From contig JBHGNT010000016.1 in assembly GCA_043228905.1 (NCBI GenBank), positions 17,794,001-17,858,000 on the forward strand: 64,000 bases of DNA, written 5' to 3'. Below are positions 1 through 14,972 of the stretch, in pieces. How positions within the stretch are numbered: the stretch's first letter is position 1; the number at the start of each line of letters is the position of its first letter. Source of the DNA: Azolla caroliniana (lineage: Eukaryota; Plantae; Polypodiophyta). Both the position numbers and the translations under genes were made by a program. The notes beneath the pieces were generated by a model. It searched no databases, was not told the DNA's origin, and saw only the letters and a program-made list of their open reading frames with translations.

Positions 1-2564
1 TTGACCCTTAAGAAAGGTCTTCCTAACAAGCAATCATATGACATTTTACTAATGAACCTTTTCATAATGAATATGAGATTGAATTTTACCCCATACACTT
101 AAAATATGGGATTCACAACCATCCCTTCAAGTTTTTGTATTGAACTATTTGCCACTCATAACTTGACGTATGAAGCGACTATTTTTGGATTGTTACACTT
201 TTGCTAGCCTTCGTAGCTTACAATAATAACCCCCTAATGCACTTGTTTATATTTTTCAATCTTTGTTTTGGATGATGCCACCTCCTCTCCGAGGAATTGG
301 GTTGCTAGTAAGTAGCAAGTCACCAACATGTGGCTAGGAGAAATAGATGAGATATATATATATGTATGTTTTCTAATGTATTGGAAATATTTCAACGACA
401 GAGGAATCATATTTTATTAGACAGTTCTCCGGTTTATTAGAAAACTTATCTTTCAATCAAATAATTGTTAGAATTGAAACTTCGATGTGATTTGCTTTAG
501 GAAGAAAGGTACACAAATATTACAATATAATCAAACATGCATTTATTCCTTATTTTTATAGAAAAGTTCAAAGTGTAAGCTTCTTGGATTTCATTTGCTT
601 TATTCCTCGGTGTAGGAATCTATTTCCCTTTCCAGCTCAACCAATATGTAGAAGAATCTATTTACCTCCCACCTCAATCACATATTTCGAATTGATAAGG
701 ATAATACATTTAATTGGTATTCATTTCTTATCATTGTCCCATTCTTCAATGTGGTGACATGCCTCTAAACTAAACCTCATGAGCCATCACAATATGTAGT
801 TGTCTGGTGTCTAAACACCTAGCGGGTTTACCAATGTGCGCTATGTTGTCAATTTTCTTTTGGATGTTATACATGTCAAGCACACATATTTTTTGTTGCT
901 TATAGATTCTTGTTAATTGTCGTGGCTAATGACTATTAGCATGCATCGTGAGCAAATGAGTAAGGACCTTGAATTATTTGGAAGGTTGTACGTTCATGCT
1001 CACTATGTGTCCTTAGGCAATACAATTTGGTTATTTGGCACGCCTAGCACCAACCATGTTTCACACGCCTATAATGAATTGAAACAGAAATGCTTGTTAC
1101 TTGTGATCACCAAGCATTAAGAGGCGCTTGATGTAATTTTCTAACAAATATGTGGGTGGTAATTGTTATTAGAAAAAGGGTCAATGAGCCTAAAAACATT
1201 ACGATGATAATAAGGTTTTGAAGAATGTAAATGAAGATTTGACCCATGGATCGAGATGTACGCTACATAGGCAAGTCGTGATAAAAGTAGAGGAGTTACC
1301 AGTGTTCCTAGAAACGTGAAAAGGAGAAAGTAGAGAAGGCCATCTTTAGAAGGGAAGGCTATGATTGGATGAGGTAAAGTACAATATGTAAAGAGATGAG
1401 TAGACTTCGCTAGAGGTGTTTGCTATTGAGGGACATGTCGATACGTACCTCAACACATAATTGGTTGCTGGCTTGTGATGTCATATGAAGTTTTTTCCAA
1501 TACGTACTCAATAAGTTGTAGCCTATTGATGGGGTATGGTCACTTGCTAAAAAAGAGTGCAAGCATGGTGCTTTAGCAAACTTTGATACCAATATGTCTG
1601 ATTCATTTTCTAAAGTACTTTTGTTGTTTATGCTAAAAAAAAGGTGAAAACTTAACACTAGAGGGAAGGTGTCCCTACCCAATGTATTTTAGGGTCGTAG
1701 GAATCTATGTAGAGGGGGCTATACAATAGAGAAAAAGGTATCATCATTCACCGATGCTAGTAAAAATAAAGTTTTAAAGTTTTCGGTTGCGAATTTTCGT
1801 CAAGGGGTCAAGGGAATGAAATTCAAAAGCATAGGTAGAATTTTCTACTGAATCCTAATAAGTTTGTAGCATCATCTCATTCCTGAAGGAGACTATGCGA
1901 GTACTAAAGAAAAGCATCAACACTTAACCTACATGTTGCGTATATGTGTCAACACCCACACTCATCCTTACTATTGATATACATGTCCCTACGAAGCATC
2001 ACCTTTCAAGCGACCATCACATGTGGGCACCCATTCGAGTCATACATACATAATTGCTTTGTTTGTATTGTTTCGACAGATCTGGTTGGCAAAAGACAAG
2101 CCTGGTAGGGGAAGTTTATAGAGGTCTATGGATGAGCCGAATCTAGATCTACTCTCCGATGAGGGTTGCGCTAGTTCAGGCATCGACATCTATGTGTGAG
2201 AGGCGGTGCATGAGATCTTTTTTGGGGTATTAACACATGACCTTTCGAGACATATGGGCAATAGGCAGGCCATTAGGGTGGCCAGGGAGCTTCCGTGAAT
2301 CCCATGGTAGTGTCTGTGAATCAATCCATGGCAGCTCTCGACGAGACCATCTGTGGTTTCGAGAGCCTGATACATCCCCCCCCCCCCCCCCTTCCCCAAA
2401 TGTATGTCTTGTCTGTATCAGTATGTCTGGTCGGTCTCGACCACACCATAAGAACTCATCCCATCTCAATCCCTTCTCTCTGTTTTTTCTCTTAAGAAAC
2501 AAAATATATCTATATATCAAAAAACTATCAAAATATATATTTAAATTTGATATAAAAACAAAGC

Positions 2565-2568
<4 letters not shown>

Positions 2569-2653
<85 letters not shown>

Positions 2654-2654
2654 A
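2569..2654. repeat. (AAAT)n microsatellite
   Basis: Perfect AAAT run; poly-C at 2376-2391 and (CTGT/CT)n at ~2700-2750 nearby. Confidence 0.95.
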
Positions 2655-3936
2655 AACAAAAAACAAAATGCCTATCCTCTGGCTATGAGTCCTCCACATT
2701 CTGCTCTGCTCTGTCTCTGTCTCTGTCTCTGTCTGTCTGTCTCTGTTTCTGCTGAAATAAAGAAAGGCAGAAGATAGATAGATTCACAGAGGAGGAAAGG
2801 AAACAGGACATAAAACGCTTGGAATTCCTACTTGGTCATCTTCATACATACCCCTTCCCTCAAAATTCAAAAGGAAATTGGAAATTGTGATGGATCCTCT
2901 CCCCCAACATTTTCCCCTAATTTGATTTTGAACAAGAAAAATCAGTTCTTTGGGCTCATCTGATTCGTGTTTACTCTGTAAGTTCATTTCTGTTTCCTGT
3001 ATCTCTCACCGTTTCTGTTTATTTCATTTTGTTATCCAGTTTTCTCACGCTTTTCTTATTGGATTTGCTTCATTCGCAATGTCATTGTGAAGAGAAGATC
3101 CTTTTGATTTGCGTTTTCCCCGAGCAACAGTCTGGTTCTAGTTAAAAACTGCTCATATTTTTCTCATTGCGTTTTGAGATATTCCTTTCATTTATATTTT
3201 GATGGATTCTCCGACATAAAAGGGTTGAATCTAGCACCATTTTATTATTATCAAGGGTTGCGTTATTTTTTATATGGATTTCAGAGGTGTCTGAATGTTT
3301 TTTTTAGTTCTATCTCGATTCCCACTTTTATGCTATCACAGGGACGAAAACTTCACTAGTTTGATCTGATCCAGTGGTGCCCAAATGCTTGTTTTCTCCT
3401 CTAATTTGGTGACTCTTCCATTGAAAAACACATCATTTTCTTTTATCTGATTTAGAAGGAGCCCAAATTCTTGTTTTCTTCCTCCAAATTGGATGTATAT
3501 TTTCCACCAACTCTTGCAGATATATGTATAAGGATGGAAGTGATTGAGAAGTTTTAATCCTATGCATAATTTCCACCAATCCAAACTGTTATAAGGATAT
3601 CTTCACTGAATGTATTTCTTTTCCACCAATTCTAATAGATATGCATAAGGATGATGATGCACTGATTGCATACTTCTCAACAAACTCTATGAGGATCAAG
3701 AAGCTTCTATAATGCGTATACTGTCCACCAATTCAAACAGGTATGATATTAGAATGTTGGTGCTGAAAGTAATACCTTCACAACCAATTCAATCAAGTGT
3801 GTAAGGATGGAAACACATGGTGAAACTTTTGTTTCATTGTATACTTTCCACCACTGATCGAAACAAGTATGTATAAGGACATGAGGCACTAGTTGTGTGA
3901 AGCATTGGGAAGATTGACTTAAGTTAACAAATCGAG

Positions 3937-4509
3937 ATGGGGTGTACAACGTCTAGGCCTTCAGTCGATGATGCTTCAGATGACATCATCAATGTATGTA
4001 AAGAACGCATGATGTTATTGCAGAAGGCCATAAGTCATAGAAAGGATTTCTCAGTTGCACACCTTGCATACGTTGAGAGCCTTGGGAAACTTGACTCAGC
4101 CCTTAAGCAATTTGCTGAAAGAGAACATAAATGTATAGAATTCTCGTCGATATCCTCCCCTGGACTTGTGTTTGAGAAATTTCAACCTATCTCAACTGAT
4201 TCTATTGAAGTAACGCCTCATGCGAATAACTCACCAGCTTCAAGTTTATCCCCTTGGGCTTCAAATGTATCAAAAGTTGTTGATGGAGACCATTTTTTAC
4301 CCATAGATTCTGCTTCAAGGAGTTCCTTGGTCTCTCCTGAATTACCAAATATGAAAGCTCTTCTATCACCACCAAGCTCCAGTGCTCATGTCTCTATCCT
4401 TTATGCAAGCTCCCTAGAGGAAGACGAAGTGAATGCCCATATGAACTTAATATCTCCTCTGAGGCGCGCCGAATCTTTACCAGAACTTATCTCTTATAGG
4501 AAAGATGAG

Positions 4510-4567
<58 letters not shown>

Positions 4568-7500
4568 GTGATAGTGGTACATATAGCCCCCTGCCACCCT
4601 CACCTTTTCGTGCGAGTTCTTCATGGTTCTCTGATACTTTCACCCCTCCAGTTATCCCTGAGCACCTCAGAGAGTTGAGACGAATGAAGAAGCTCGATGG
4701 GAATGGCAACAATATTCACGTACATGGTAATGTGGAAAAGGATCAAGCAATGCAGTTAGATGTGAATATGAACATTCTTCGTGCACACGAAACAGTCAAA
4801 GAAGGTGAAGAGATGCAATTATCTTTAAATAGAAACGTTGTGCATGTACATGATAATGTCAAAGAAGATCAACGGATGCATTTTGATGTACATGCTGACG
4901 GTGAAGAAGATGAAGGTATGCCAGATCTAGAAGAGATGGAAGACAAGGAGGAGGTTAGACAAGATGCTATGAATGATGATAGGGAAGAGACTATACCAAA
5001 AGAAGTTGAAAAGAGGGTTGTTTCAGAGGATAAGCTTGGCATTTCACATGAAACTATTTATAATGAAGGATCCAGCAATGATATGGTGAATAATGACAAT
5101 GTATCAAATATGCAAAGAGAGTTGGTCGTTGTGGAGAAGCTTGCAAATGAGAACACAAAGAAACCATGGAATGATATGGCCTCTCTAACGCGAAAGAACT
5201 TAACTGAGTTGATGAACCATATTAGTGATCAATTTGTAAAGGCATCCAAGAGTGGGGAGGATGTCTCCATGGTTTTAGAAACGCAAATATCCCAAGATCT
5301 AAATGATATGAAAGGTATCCTAATTTCTTTCCAATTAAATTATTTCAAATATCAGCATGACATGCCGTTGATTTTTTCTTCTTAATGCTTTTCAGATTAC
5401 TCCAAAACTTTCAATGCATTTAGATCATATTGGTCTCAGAAGACATACCTTATGATGCAAGATATACATGAAGGCAATGAGTTTTTGGAATGTGGCATGG
5501 CTGGCAGCCACGTTTCTACTTTGGAGCGGCTGTTTGCATGGGAGAAGAAGCTCTATGATGAAGTGAAGGTGAGCCTCATCTTTTCTCTTCATCTATACAT
5601 GATGCAAGAACATATTGTTATTTTGGTGCTTCTTGAAGTGAGGATGTTTTTAACCGTTCTATAATTTATTTCATTCTTTGCATGTCAATACTCTTGTGTG
5701 GTAGCTGAAATGGATAATAGATGCATTGCACACACACATCCACATATTAGAGAGAGCTTATAGAGACTTGATGTAATATATACAGGGAGGAGAATTTGTT
5801 CGAAGTTACTTTGACCAGAAATGCAAGCAACTACATATCCTTGATGCCAGGGATGCCAAGGATAAGAATCTAGCCCAACGTGAAAAAATGCGGGTTTCCT
5901 TGAAAAAGTTAGACACTCGACTGATTGTGGCCCTTAAAACAATACGAGGAACTTCAAAAAGGATTCAAGATCTTACAAATGCTGAGCTGTTTCCCCAGCT
6001 GTGTGAGTTATTGGAAGGGTAAGGTCAATGTTCACTTTTCTAGTGATTTGATTATTATATAATACATGCATTTGGATGTTCTCATGGGTGGTTTATATTT
6101 ATTGCATATCCTAATATTTTATATCACTTGTTCACGTGTCAATTTGTGTGCGTGTGCGTGTGTATGTGAAATGGCATTGGGAGATGTGACTTTACGATTG
6201 TAGGTTCTAACGTCCATTGGTCTTAGTGGGAGCCTACTGCTGGCTCATCCTGATCCCGGACACAAGATAGAAGGCTATGGTTGGGAGTCTTAACACATTT
6301 TTCTTCCTCGTGTCTTTCATTGCCCCTTTTCAGAATCAGGACTTGGCATCATGTAAGCCTCCGATTTTGATTTATCCTCCCTTCACTGACATTGGCATTC
6401 ATTAGTAGCCAATCATATGTCATTTTATTTTTCATAAACATTTCACAAAAAACGTTAGAATAGACTGTGAACTGATACTGATTCAACATATCATTCTGAG
6501 CTGCCCATGGTATTCTGACCTGTACGCCACAATATTGCAAACCTTTTCTTACCGCACTTGCCAAACTGTTCCTTTACCGGGGTTAAATATTTCATTTGTT
6601 GGACCAGCAAGATTTTTTCTCGCATTTAAGCGGCGTCCACTCTGCTTGCAAGATCTTGCACATTGTGTGAATTGCTCATCATCTATTTATGAGGTTAATT
6701 TTCTTTTTCTTTTTTTAAGAATGTGTGTTTCTTTGTCCTTTGCTTCCTTCTAACAATCGGCAACGGTTTGGTTCGATTCAAGAGTGTCAAACTCGAACCG
6801 TTTAAAACCAAAGCATAAACTGAACTGAACCACAAAATCGTTTAAACCAAACCATCACAAAAAAAATCAAGCTCAAACCAAACAGTTTTAGTTATGTTCA
6901 AACCTTTAAACTGTTAAAACCACGGTGTCGCAGTTTGGTTTCAGTTTTTAACTTAGATCAAAATTCAATATTTCAAATTTTAATTTTTCTAAATTTAAAG
7001 ATTTTTCATTAAATATCAAAATTGAGCTTAAAATGTTTAAAAAATTATTTAAGAAAATGATCATGTTTCAATCCTAAACTGTCAAACCGGAAATCATTAA
7101 GCCAATAAAGGTTTGAACCAAACCAAACCAAACTGTTAAACCCTCAAACTGAACCGAAACTGAACTGTTTACAATAACCTGAACCGAACCAATTAAACTG
7201 TTCAGATGTTAAACCCCGGTTTTGTGGTTCAGTTCGGTTCAAACCGAACCAGTACCGATTGCTAATGGTATCAAGATTTTTTCATTGTTTTTGAACATCA
7301 TGACTTGTTTCTGAGATTTATTATGGTATTAGAGCATGAGGTACAAATCTTAGTCCTACCATAGCATGGTTGTGGGGAGCATAAACAGATTGAGTCCAGA
7401 ACTTTGAAGTTTAGATATTCTGCCATGGTAGTGAATAATCTAGTTTTCTTTTATCCTTCAATGGATCCCATATGCAATATATTGAAGGGCTAGTTTGCTT

Positions 7501-10500
7501 GAGTCCTGTCCATCGACCTTAGTTTCCTTCACTATTTTTTAAAGGTGGCTATTTTTGTGGCCAAAGTTTATATCCAGTTAGTGATAATATGGGTGAGCAT
7601 CAATTCTCCATGCATACTTTTTATGAAAACGTTTATTTCAACCATGTCCAGTTTCCAAAGATTCTAGAAGAAGAATAATGTTATGTTTAAGATTCCAGAA
7701 CATTCTAATCACTTTTGGCTTTTGACTTCCTAGACATTTCTTTGTCTCTTTTCTAACATCCTTTGATTTTCAAGAGGCCCTAACTCCTTAATGTCCTCCG
7801 AGTTATTTTTGAAGCTATTCTTGTACATCAAGCACTTCCTTGCCCAAAACAGTTTGACAAGATCCTTACCCAGAGGTTACCTTAACATAATAACACTTTG
7901 CAAAGTAATACAATAATTCTTGAAGAGTTAGTGGCATGCTTCTCTACCGGCTCTTCCAGGGAGGCAGATGAAGAGTTTCAGGGTTTTCCTCACATTTTGA
8001 CCTTCCTTTGATTTCTCTTTCAGGTGTTTTTGTTCTGTACACACAGCCCCCCTCAACATCCTAATTGGGTAGTTGCAGGTATATCTTTTAATCTTTTGTA
8101 CTACCCTCCAAATTAGGCCTCCTGGAATCCTGACCGATTGTTTGTACAGTGATTGTAAAGCTCTCCGATGTTTTCTTAAATCAACATCATGCACCCACTC
8201 TGTTGAAAGTGTTGTACTCAGAAGTCTGGGATTTCTAATATTTTGAAGTATCTTCATTGCCCACCAAATGAATGTATGGGCATGCTCTACAACCATGATC
8301 CGCTCCCTCTTCAAGTCATAGTCAGTAACTATCTGGAAGAAAATACATTGGTTGAAATTAGGGCTAAGTGATCTGAGCAAAACCTTGCAATGTTCCCTCT
8401 CTTGTTGTATCTGCAATACGCTTGTTCTGTGTGCCTTCACTTTCAGTATATCAATCTGAATTTCTGTTTAAATTCTCCTTATGGCTGCTTACTGCTTAGC
8501 ATAATAGGTGCACTTGCCAAAGCCACATTCATGGAATATGTTGATGAAGAGATTTGGCCCATTTCTTTCCTTAGTACGAATTTGAATCATTTTCAATGAG
8601 TTATTGTCATGTCTTGTGTCTATGTCCCTGACTCATCAAATAGTTTCTGTTATAAATCCTGAATAAATTGGTCATGCTCATGGAATATCCTATCAGCTCC
8701 TGGTGGAAAAAGTCTTCAAAGTTCATCAAATTACATGGCATTACTTTCTTTTTATTCAAATGAACAGCTTTGAAGGAAGGCCTCTTTTGGTTTGTGAAAA
8801 TCCCAAATTTTTCCAACTTTTCTGTGTGTCTACCAAGTCAACATCAGATGTATGTTGAGGTATTGAAGTCGAAATCATCACAAACTCCTTTCCAAAATTG
8901 AAACTCGATTCTTTCAATAAATTTTTTTATCATCTTCATGCGAAAGTCCTGAAAAAATTTCCACTGAGTTCTTATGATTAATACATCAACTTGTAAACTG
9001 AAGGTTTGTGTGATGGATCCTAAGTGGAGAACAAAATATGAGAGAAATGAAAGAATTCCTCAGCGTCACTTAACCCACAAAGGAAATAAGCCCATGTCAA
9101 ACAACCTACAGTAAGTAGACAAACAATAAACTTATATCATATTTATACCTGTCACTGAGGCTATATTATGAAGTACGGCTAGAACAAAGGAACAAAATAT
9201 GAGAGAAATGAAAGAATTCCTGAGCCTCACTTAACCTACAAAGGAAATAAACCCATGCCAAACAACCTACAGTAAGTAGACAAACAATAAACTTATATCA
9301 TATTTATACCTGTTACTGATGCTATATTATGAAGTACGGCTAGAACAAAGGAATCCAACTATTTGTCTCTTATTCAAAAGCTTGGACTCCCACCGCTAGG
9401 GTAACCAATATGTGGATGAGAGTTTTAATGGTTCTGAATGAGAGGTTTATGGGAGCCATGATGATGAAGATGACGATGCCGATTAGAGTCGTTAGAATGA
9501 CAACATAAACATTCTGATTTCCTAGAACTTGTGGATACATTGTATCAGACTCATTGCCATTTGTGAGTTTTAATTAAACATTATTGGATCTTAGCTCATC
9601 CTTCTCTGTCTATCTGAGTAAGGGTGTTCGGGGAAATTATAAAAAAGTTTGGGGCATATGAGAAAATAAAGGACATTCAAAAAGCTTATAATCTTATAGT
9701 GTAGATGTTTTATTTCCATCAGCCATGATGATGCATTCTTGGAGAGACATCTGTCTTCATTTTTATTTCAGTTATCATATTTTATTTTGACCTTAGATAC
9801 AACCAAGAGATTTTGAAGTAATTGTCATTTTTAAAGCACATCTGGTGAGTAAATAGATCTCTATAATGATTTTCAACATTATGGTTTTTGCTGAATGTGG
9901 GTTAAAATTCAGATCGGTTAAAATGTGGAAGATACTGCGAGAGTGTTATCAAGCTCAAGAAAGGATCTCATTAGAAATGCGATATCTCGAATACTCGGTG
10001 GGCAACGGCATCATTGATGATGCTCACAAGAATGATATTGCTGAGTTGAAACATGAGCTTCACACGTGGAGAAACAAGTTCGATGCCTGGTTTTTCACAC
10101 AAAAAATGTATATAGAAGTTTTATGTGCATGGCTGGAGAAATGCTACTTGACATGTGATCCAAGATCTAAGGAGATGAGGAATGTGGAAATCGAAAGGGA
10201 TAGGGATCCAGTTTTTCATATGTTGATAAAATGGAGAGATTCCATGGATACCTTCAAAACTCGACAAAAGGATACTATTGCTAATGATGGTTTAAAGACA
10301 TTCATCGCAATGCTTGATTTGTTGGAGGAGAACAGATTAGATCAGGTTAAGTCAATGAAACATCTCGAAAGAACGGCAAAGTATCAACGAAGGCATGATC
10401 GTGCAGAGGTTAAAAGCAAATATATGGGGGCCAATGCGGCCTCTATTGACGAAAATGACCACAATTTGGAAGCTTCGGGTTCGTTTTCAATCAAAAGAAC

Positions 10501-10741
10501 ATTGAATGGTGGAAGTGTATGTGTCAGAGGATGTGAAAGCCAGTCGGAACATGAGAAAAGCAACCTTTCAAGAACAGAACAAGGACGGCAAAGAACTAGG
10601 TTAGATGTTTTGAAACGTCTTCCGGCATTGTTCGAGTTGTTCTCTCAGTTTGCAGAAAATGCTAGTGACATGTATGAGGAGGCGAAGACCACCGCAGAAA
10701 TGAAAGATGATAGCAATTCTGACATGGACGATGAGCCATGA
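3937..10741 (+). CDS. DUF630/DUF632 protein (NRG2/APSR1/REL2-like); exons 3937-5314, 5396-5568, 5786-6018, 9913-10741
   Basis: N-terminal MGCTTSR..CKER..AHLAYVESL (DUF630). DUF632 motifs SHVSTLERLFAWEKKLYDEVK, ELFPQLCELLEG, MWKILRECYQAQ, WFFTQKMYIEVLCAWL. GT-AG junctions keep the frame. Confidence 0.9.
4513..4566 (+). repeat. (GAT)18 coding microsatellite, poly-Asp
   Basis: Perfect GAT run in exon 1. Confidence 0.95.
6751..7264. mobile_element. hAT-type MITE copy 1 (intron 3)
   Basis: TIR TAACAATCGG...CCGATTGCTA; many AACCG/AAACC subterminal repeats; homologous to 11764-12163. No clean TSD. Confidence 0.7.
7280..9000 (-). mobile_element. Possible degenerate LINE remnant in intron 3
   Basis: Minus-strand fragments ETK and SVYAP resemble AP-endonuclease motifs; broken ORF-like sequence upstream. 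Weak. Confidence 0.3.
9029..9352. repeat. Tandem duplication, 2 x ~161 bp
   Basis: GAACAAAATATGAGAGAAATG... recurs at a 161-bp period with few mismatches. Confidence 0.9.
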
Positions 10742-11763
10742 TGGAACCCTAATTTGAGTTAAAATTTTAGTACCACTAGGATAGATATATGCTTGTTTGA
10801 TGCATAATTTACTCTAGTTTCCCAACGGCTTAGCTGGCTCATCAACTTGTGCCGAGTTCTTTTCCTCTTTATCGGCAATATCTTGATATGGGTGACTTCA
10901 TCTAAAGAGACACTCCATTGGTTTCAAAAAGCATCTAGCTTGACCATTTGTGTGAAAAATATGTATAGCTTCTTCGAGGAGTGCATTATTTTTGCACTTT
11001 CTGGTATCATGTTCAGGGGGAAAAAATTTCAAATGTAATATGTTCAAAAATATTGTTGGTAACAGACTTAGGTCATCTCCCCATGCGAGATTGACCTAAC
11101 ATATATGTATATGAAGAATAATAAAACAAATCACCAATTCCTTGCAGACATACCTTGATTGTTGTCTAAGAAGATTTGTTACTTGTTACCCAATTGTTTA
11201 GATGCAATGAGTGGGTTCCTAACAAAGATTTCATGTATATTGTGACGACAAATTCATGTATGTTTTTCTTCTCTTTGACATCGTCACACCTGCATTATAT
11301 ATGTGTACTTTTTTCAACTGTAATGATTGATGTGTTTCTCGACAAAGATACATGATTATGCATTATGTAGTGACACAACTCTTTTATACATTTCATATGA
11401 TTGTCCTATGCGTAATAATTGTCCTCTATACATTTCCATTATGTAGCTCAATGAATTTGATTTTGTCTCATCATTCATTGTACATAAATGTAGCAAGGAA
11501 AATTCCTTTTTGTTGGATTCATTTTGGATGTAGTGAAATCTATTTGGGGTATACCTTTTTGGCATTGTGTTCGCACGTGTTGAAGAGAATGTCAAAGATT
11601 TTTAACATGGAATCTAAAATGCCATTGAGGGACATGTGCACTTGTTAGCACATGGTATCCTTTGTCGTAAATTGACATGGTGAAATGACCAATCGATTTG
11701 GCATTCAAGGCTTCAGTTAAAATTGTGAAATGTGTATTCTATATCAAAGAGATCCATGTCCAA

Positions 11764-12163
11764 TAACAATCAGCAATGGTTTTGTTCAGTTTGAGAGTGT
11801 CAAGCTCAAACCATTTAAAAACACTGAAACTTAGATTGAACCACGAAACCATTTAAACCAAACTGTTACAAAAAATTCAAACCATTAAACTGTGGTTTCG
11901 CTGGTTGATTTCGGTTTTCAAGTTAGGTCAAAAATTCAAAATTTAAATGTTTTCAATATTTCAAAATGCTAAAGTTTTTTCCTAAAATGTTAGAATTAGG
12001 CTTAAAAATGAAAAGGTTGCTCAAAAAATAATCAAGTGGCAACCCTGAACCATCAAATCATTTAAACCAAACTGTTGAAAAAAAGCTTGTACATGAACCA
12101 AACCAAACTGTTTTAATCGTTAAGCTGTGGTATCGAACCAAACCAAACCGTTGCCGATTGCTA
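11764..12163. mobile_element. hAT-type MITE copy 2
   Basis: TIR TAACAATCAGCAA...TTGCCGATTGCTA. 8-bp flanks ATGTCCAA / ACATCCAA fit an ACGTCCAA TSD after CpG decay; 8-bp TSDs typify hAT. Confidence 0.75.
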
Positions 12164-13154
12164 ACATCCAAGATGAGGTAGGATGAGAAGAGAGGAGAGT
12201 CAAATTTATCATGGACAAGTTCAATCAAGTTAGTGTGAATGATGTTAAGCATTCAAATCATTGTTGTAAAATAAGAATAAAATACGTGTAGTATACGTAT
12301 TCTAACTTTTTAAAAAAATTACTTAGAATACGTATTTTATAGATAAAATACGATAAATACTTAGAATATACGTAGAATATGCCGAACATGAATAAGATTG
12401 GCTAGAAAGATTATTTATCTTTACCTAGAAAGATAGACTACAGTCATTCGACATGGCTATACAATATTCGTTGTAATATTGGATTATCTTGTATATTGTC
12501 CACTTTAATTTTATTACCAATGGAGGCTAGTTTTTTATGGAAAAAAAAGAAGAATATGCATAGAATACTTGTAGTTGTAAAATACGTTAAATACTTCTTA
12601 AAATTTAAAGTTTTTTTTTTCGAGCACTTTTACGAAAAAAATACATGTTTCAAACACAACCCAAATTCCACATTCCTATTCTATATAACATTCTTCTGTG
12701 TGTTCATCATTTATTGCATAGTACGTAATATACTCGAATGCATTGGCAAACATTCTTTTTCATACGTATGCATATGTTATCAAAACATTTTGATGTTTTT
12801 TTACACGTTTTACCTTAACTTTCTTACCTTAAAAAAACTTTATAATAAGGAATACCAAAGTATGGTATTTACCATATGTACTTCAAGGGTGTTTACGATA
12901 CGTGAATGATCGAAACATTCTCGAATGCGAATGCATGTACGGTACGTATTGTTTATACTATGATTTATTGAATACATTGTAATTTGTATTACATCAAAAG
13001 ATACTTCGTTTATATCAATCTATGGAGCAATCAACTTTAAATTTTGAGTTTGTTTCACTTATATTGAAATTGTTTCTATAGTTTTTTGAGACTTATCACT
13101 TCATGATTTTGCCACGTGGAGGACTTCCCCTACTTTCTTTTGATAATGAAATCC

Positions 13155-13637
13155 TAGCAATGGGCATGGTTCGGTTTTGGTTTCGTTTGGTTTTAAGGTT
13201 AAGAAACCAAACTGTTTATATAAATAAAAAACCAAACCAAACCGTTTACGAACTCTCAAGTATTTAAACCAAACCATTTAACCCCAAAATGTTTAGGGAA
13301 AAGTTGAAACCAAATCGAACAATTTAAGTCAAACTAATTAAACATCTAGATAAATAAAAATACATTAAATTAAATAAGCATTTAAGTTAAATGTATTAAA
13401 TCAATAAAAAACCATTAAATTAATAAACTATTAAGGTAAAAAAAAGTTGACAAAAAACCTACAAACCTTTAAACCAAACCATTTAAACCTATACACTTGA
13501 GTCTTAGAACCGAAACCGAACCATTTATTGAAAATCCAAACCAAACCAAACCATTAAATTTTTTTTGGAACCAATAAACCATTAAACCATGGCTTAATGG
13601 CTCGGTTCAGTTTGAGCCGAAACTATGCCCATTGCTA
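13155..13637. mobile_element. hAT-type MITE copy 3 (related subfamily)
   Basis: TIR TAGCAATGGGCAT...ATGCCCATTGCTA; AAACC repeats. Confidence 0.75.
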
Positions 13638-14635
13638 GTGATTCCTACATGCTTCTATGGGGATTGCAATTCTATGTACATGATTATGGAGGAAACCACA
13701 CTAATCATCATTTTAGGCAATCTACTTCCTACCACCTATATAACCGCTAGTTTTTGCCCCTTAAAAGCATGGTTCTAGAATACTCGCCATACAATGATGC
13801 ATGTACATATATGTATGCTATGTATTCTAAAAGTATTTTACAAAAATAAGTAAAATACTCAGAATACATATTCTACAAATCAAATACATTAAATACTTCT
13901 TAAGAGTTCTAACTTGTAACTTGTAATGTATCTACGAATTGTTTTTTGCCCAAATTTTAATGTTTTTGGAAGCTTTAACTACTTTCTAAATACATAAGCC
14001 AAACACATCCAAAATACGATAGGAAAGGGCGCAATGTTCCGCAATGAGAACACAAATATGGAACAACCAGTAGAACATTTGTGTCAGGTCAAGCAAAGGA
14101 GCACAAGTCCTTGCTTGATGTTTGCTTATTATATCTCTCATGCAAGTAGACTTTTGCCCCCTATGATTCTTTTAGAGGGGCCCCAGATTGCGCGAATAGT
14201 TCTAATGTGGTCGATGTAGCTTGCCTATCCAAGACCAGACACATACAAATGTGACGGATGGGAAAGGGCGCAAGGTTTTGCGACAAAGAACGAATGCTAA
14301 ACAACGAGAAAAATGCTCCGTGTGTCGGGTCAATCAAAAGACGATTGCAAGTTCGTAGTGTTTGTCACATCTCCTACGATTGTAACAACACATTTTATGG
14401 ACTCCACGATCGTTTCCCTGGGGTGGGTCGATCACATCACGTGGGATAGCCCAATGGGGTCAATAACAGGCTGCCTACCCAGAGCCAGACGACGCGTGTA
14501 TGCAAAAACTGCGAATGGGGCAGGGCTGCACATCCAGGTTCGAACGGAAAGAACAAATACATGATACAGAAGAACGTTCACCTGAAAATGATCCGATCCG
14601 ATGGTTTCGAAGATGTCTTTCGCACTGACGCTTGC

Positions 14636-14706
14636 TTGCTTTTGCTTTTGCGTTTGCGTTTGCGTTTGCGTTTGCGTTTGCGTTTGCGTTTGCTTTTGCT
14701 TTTGCT
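14636..14706. repeat. (TTTGCG/TTTGCT)n hexamer repeat upstream of the ERP gene
   Basis: Direct read; (GGA)n at ~14749-14772. Confidence 0.9.
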
Positions 14707-14972
14707 TGAATGCCTTTTGAAAAACCCTCCAGAGACATAGACAAGACAGGAGGAGGAGGAGGAGGAGGAGGATCAGAGAGGTACCCCCTCCATTTCTGTA
14801 TATTTATGAAAATGTCCTACTTTCTCTGTTTGCATACCCATATAAATCATCAATTTGCAAAATGCATTCATTTCCTTCCTTTCTCTGTTTGCATTACCAT
14901 CATCAATCTGCAAATTCATTGATTTCCCTTCCTTCTCCATTTTCTTTTCCTTAGCAAGACCTGTGTGTGGCT

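Noticed and set aside
1-2230. Possible decayed transposon coding sequence
   Set aside because: No recognisable motif or termini by eye.
6180-6300. Possible SINE in intron 3
   Set aside because: No convincing A/B box pair, tail or TSD.
12270-14020. AATAC-rich AT stretches around MITE 3 as another element; ORF 12496-12909
   Set aside because: No TIR or TSD found; the ORF has no recognisable motif.
14475-14744. ANANAN-repeat ORF
   Set aside because: Translation of a hexamer microsatellite.
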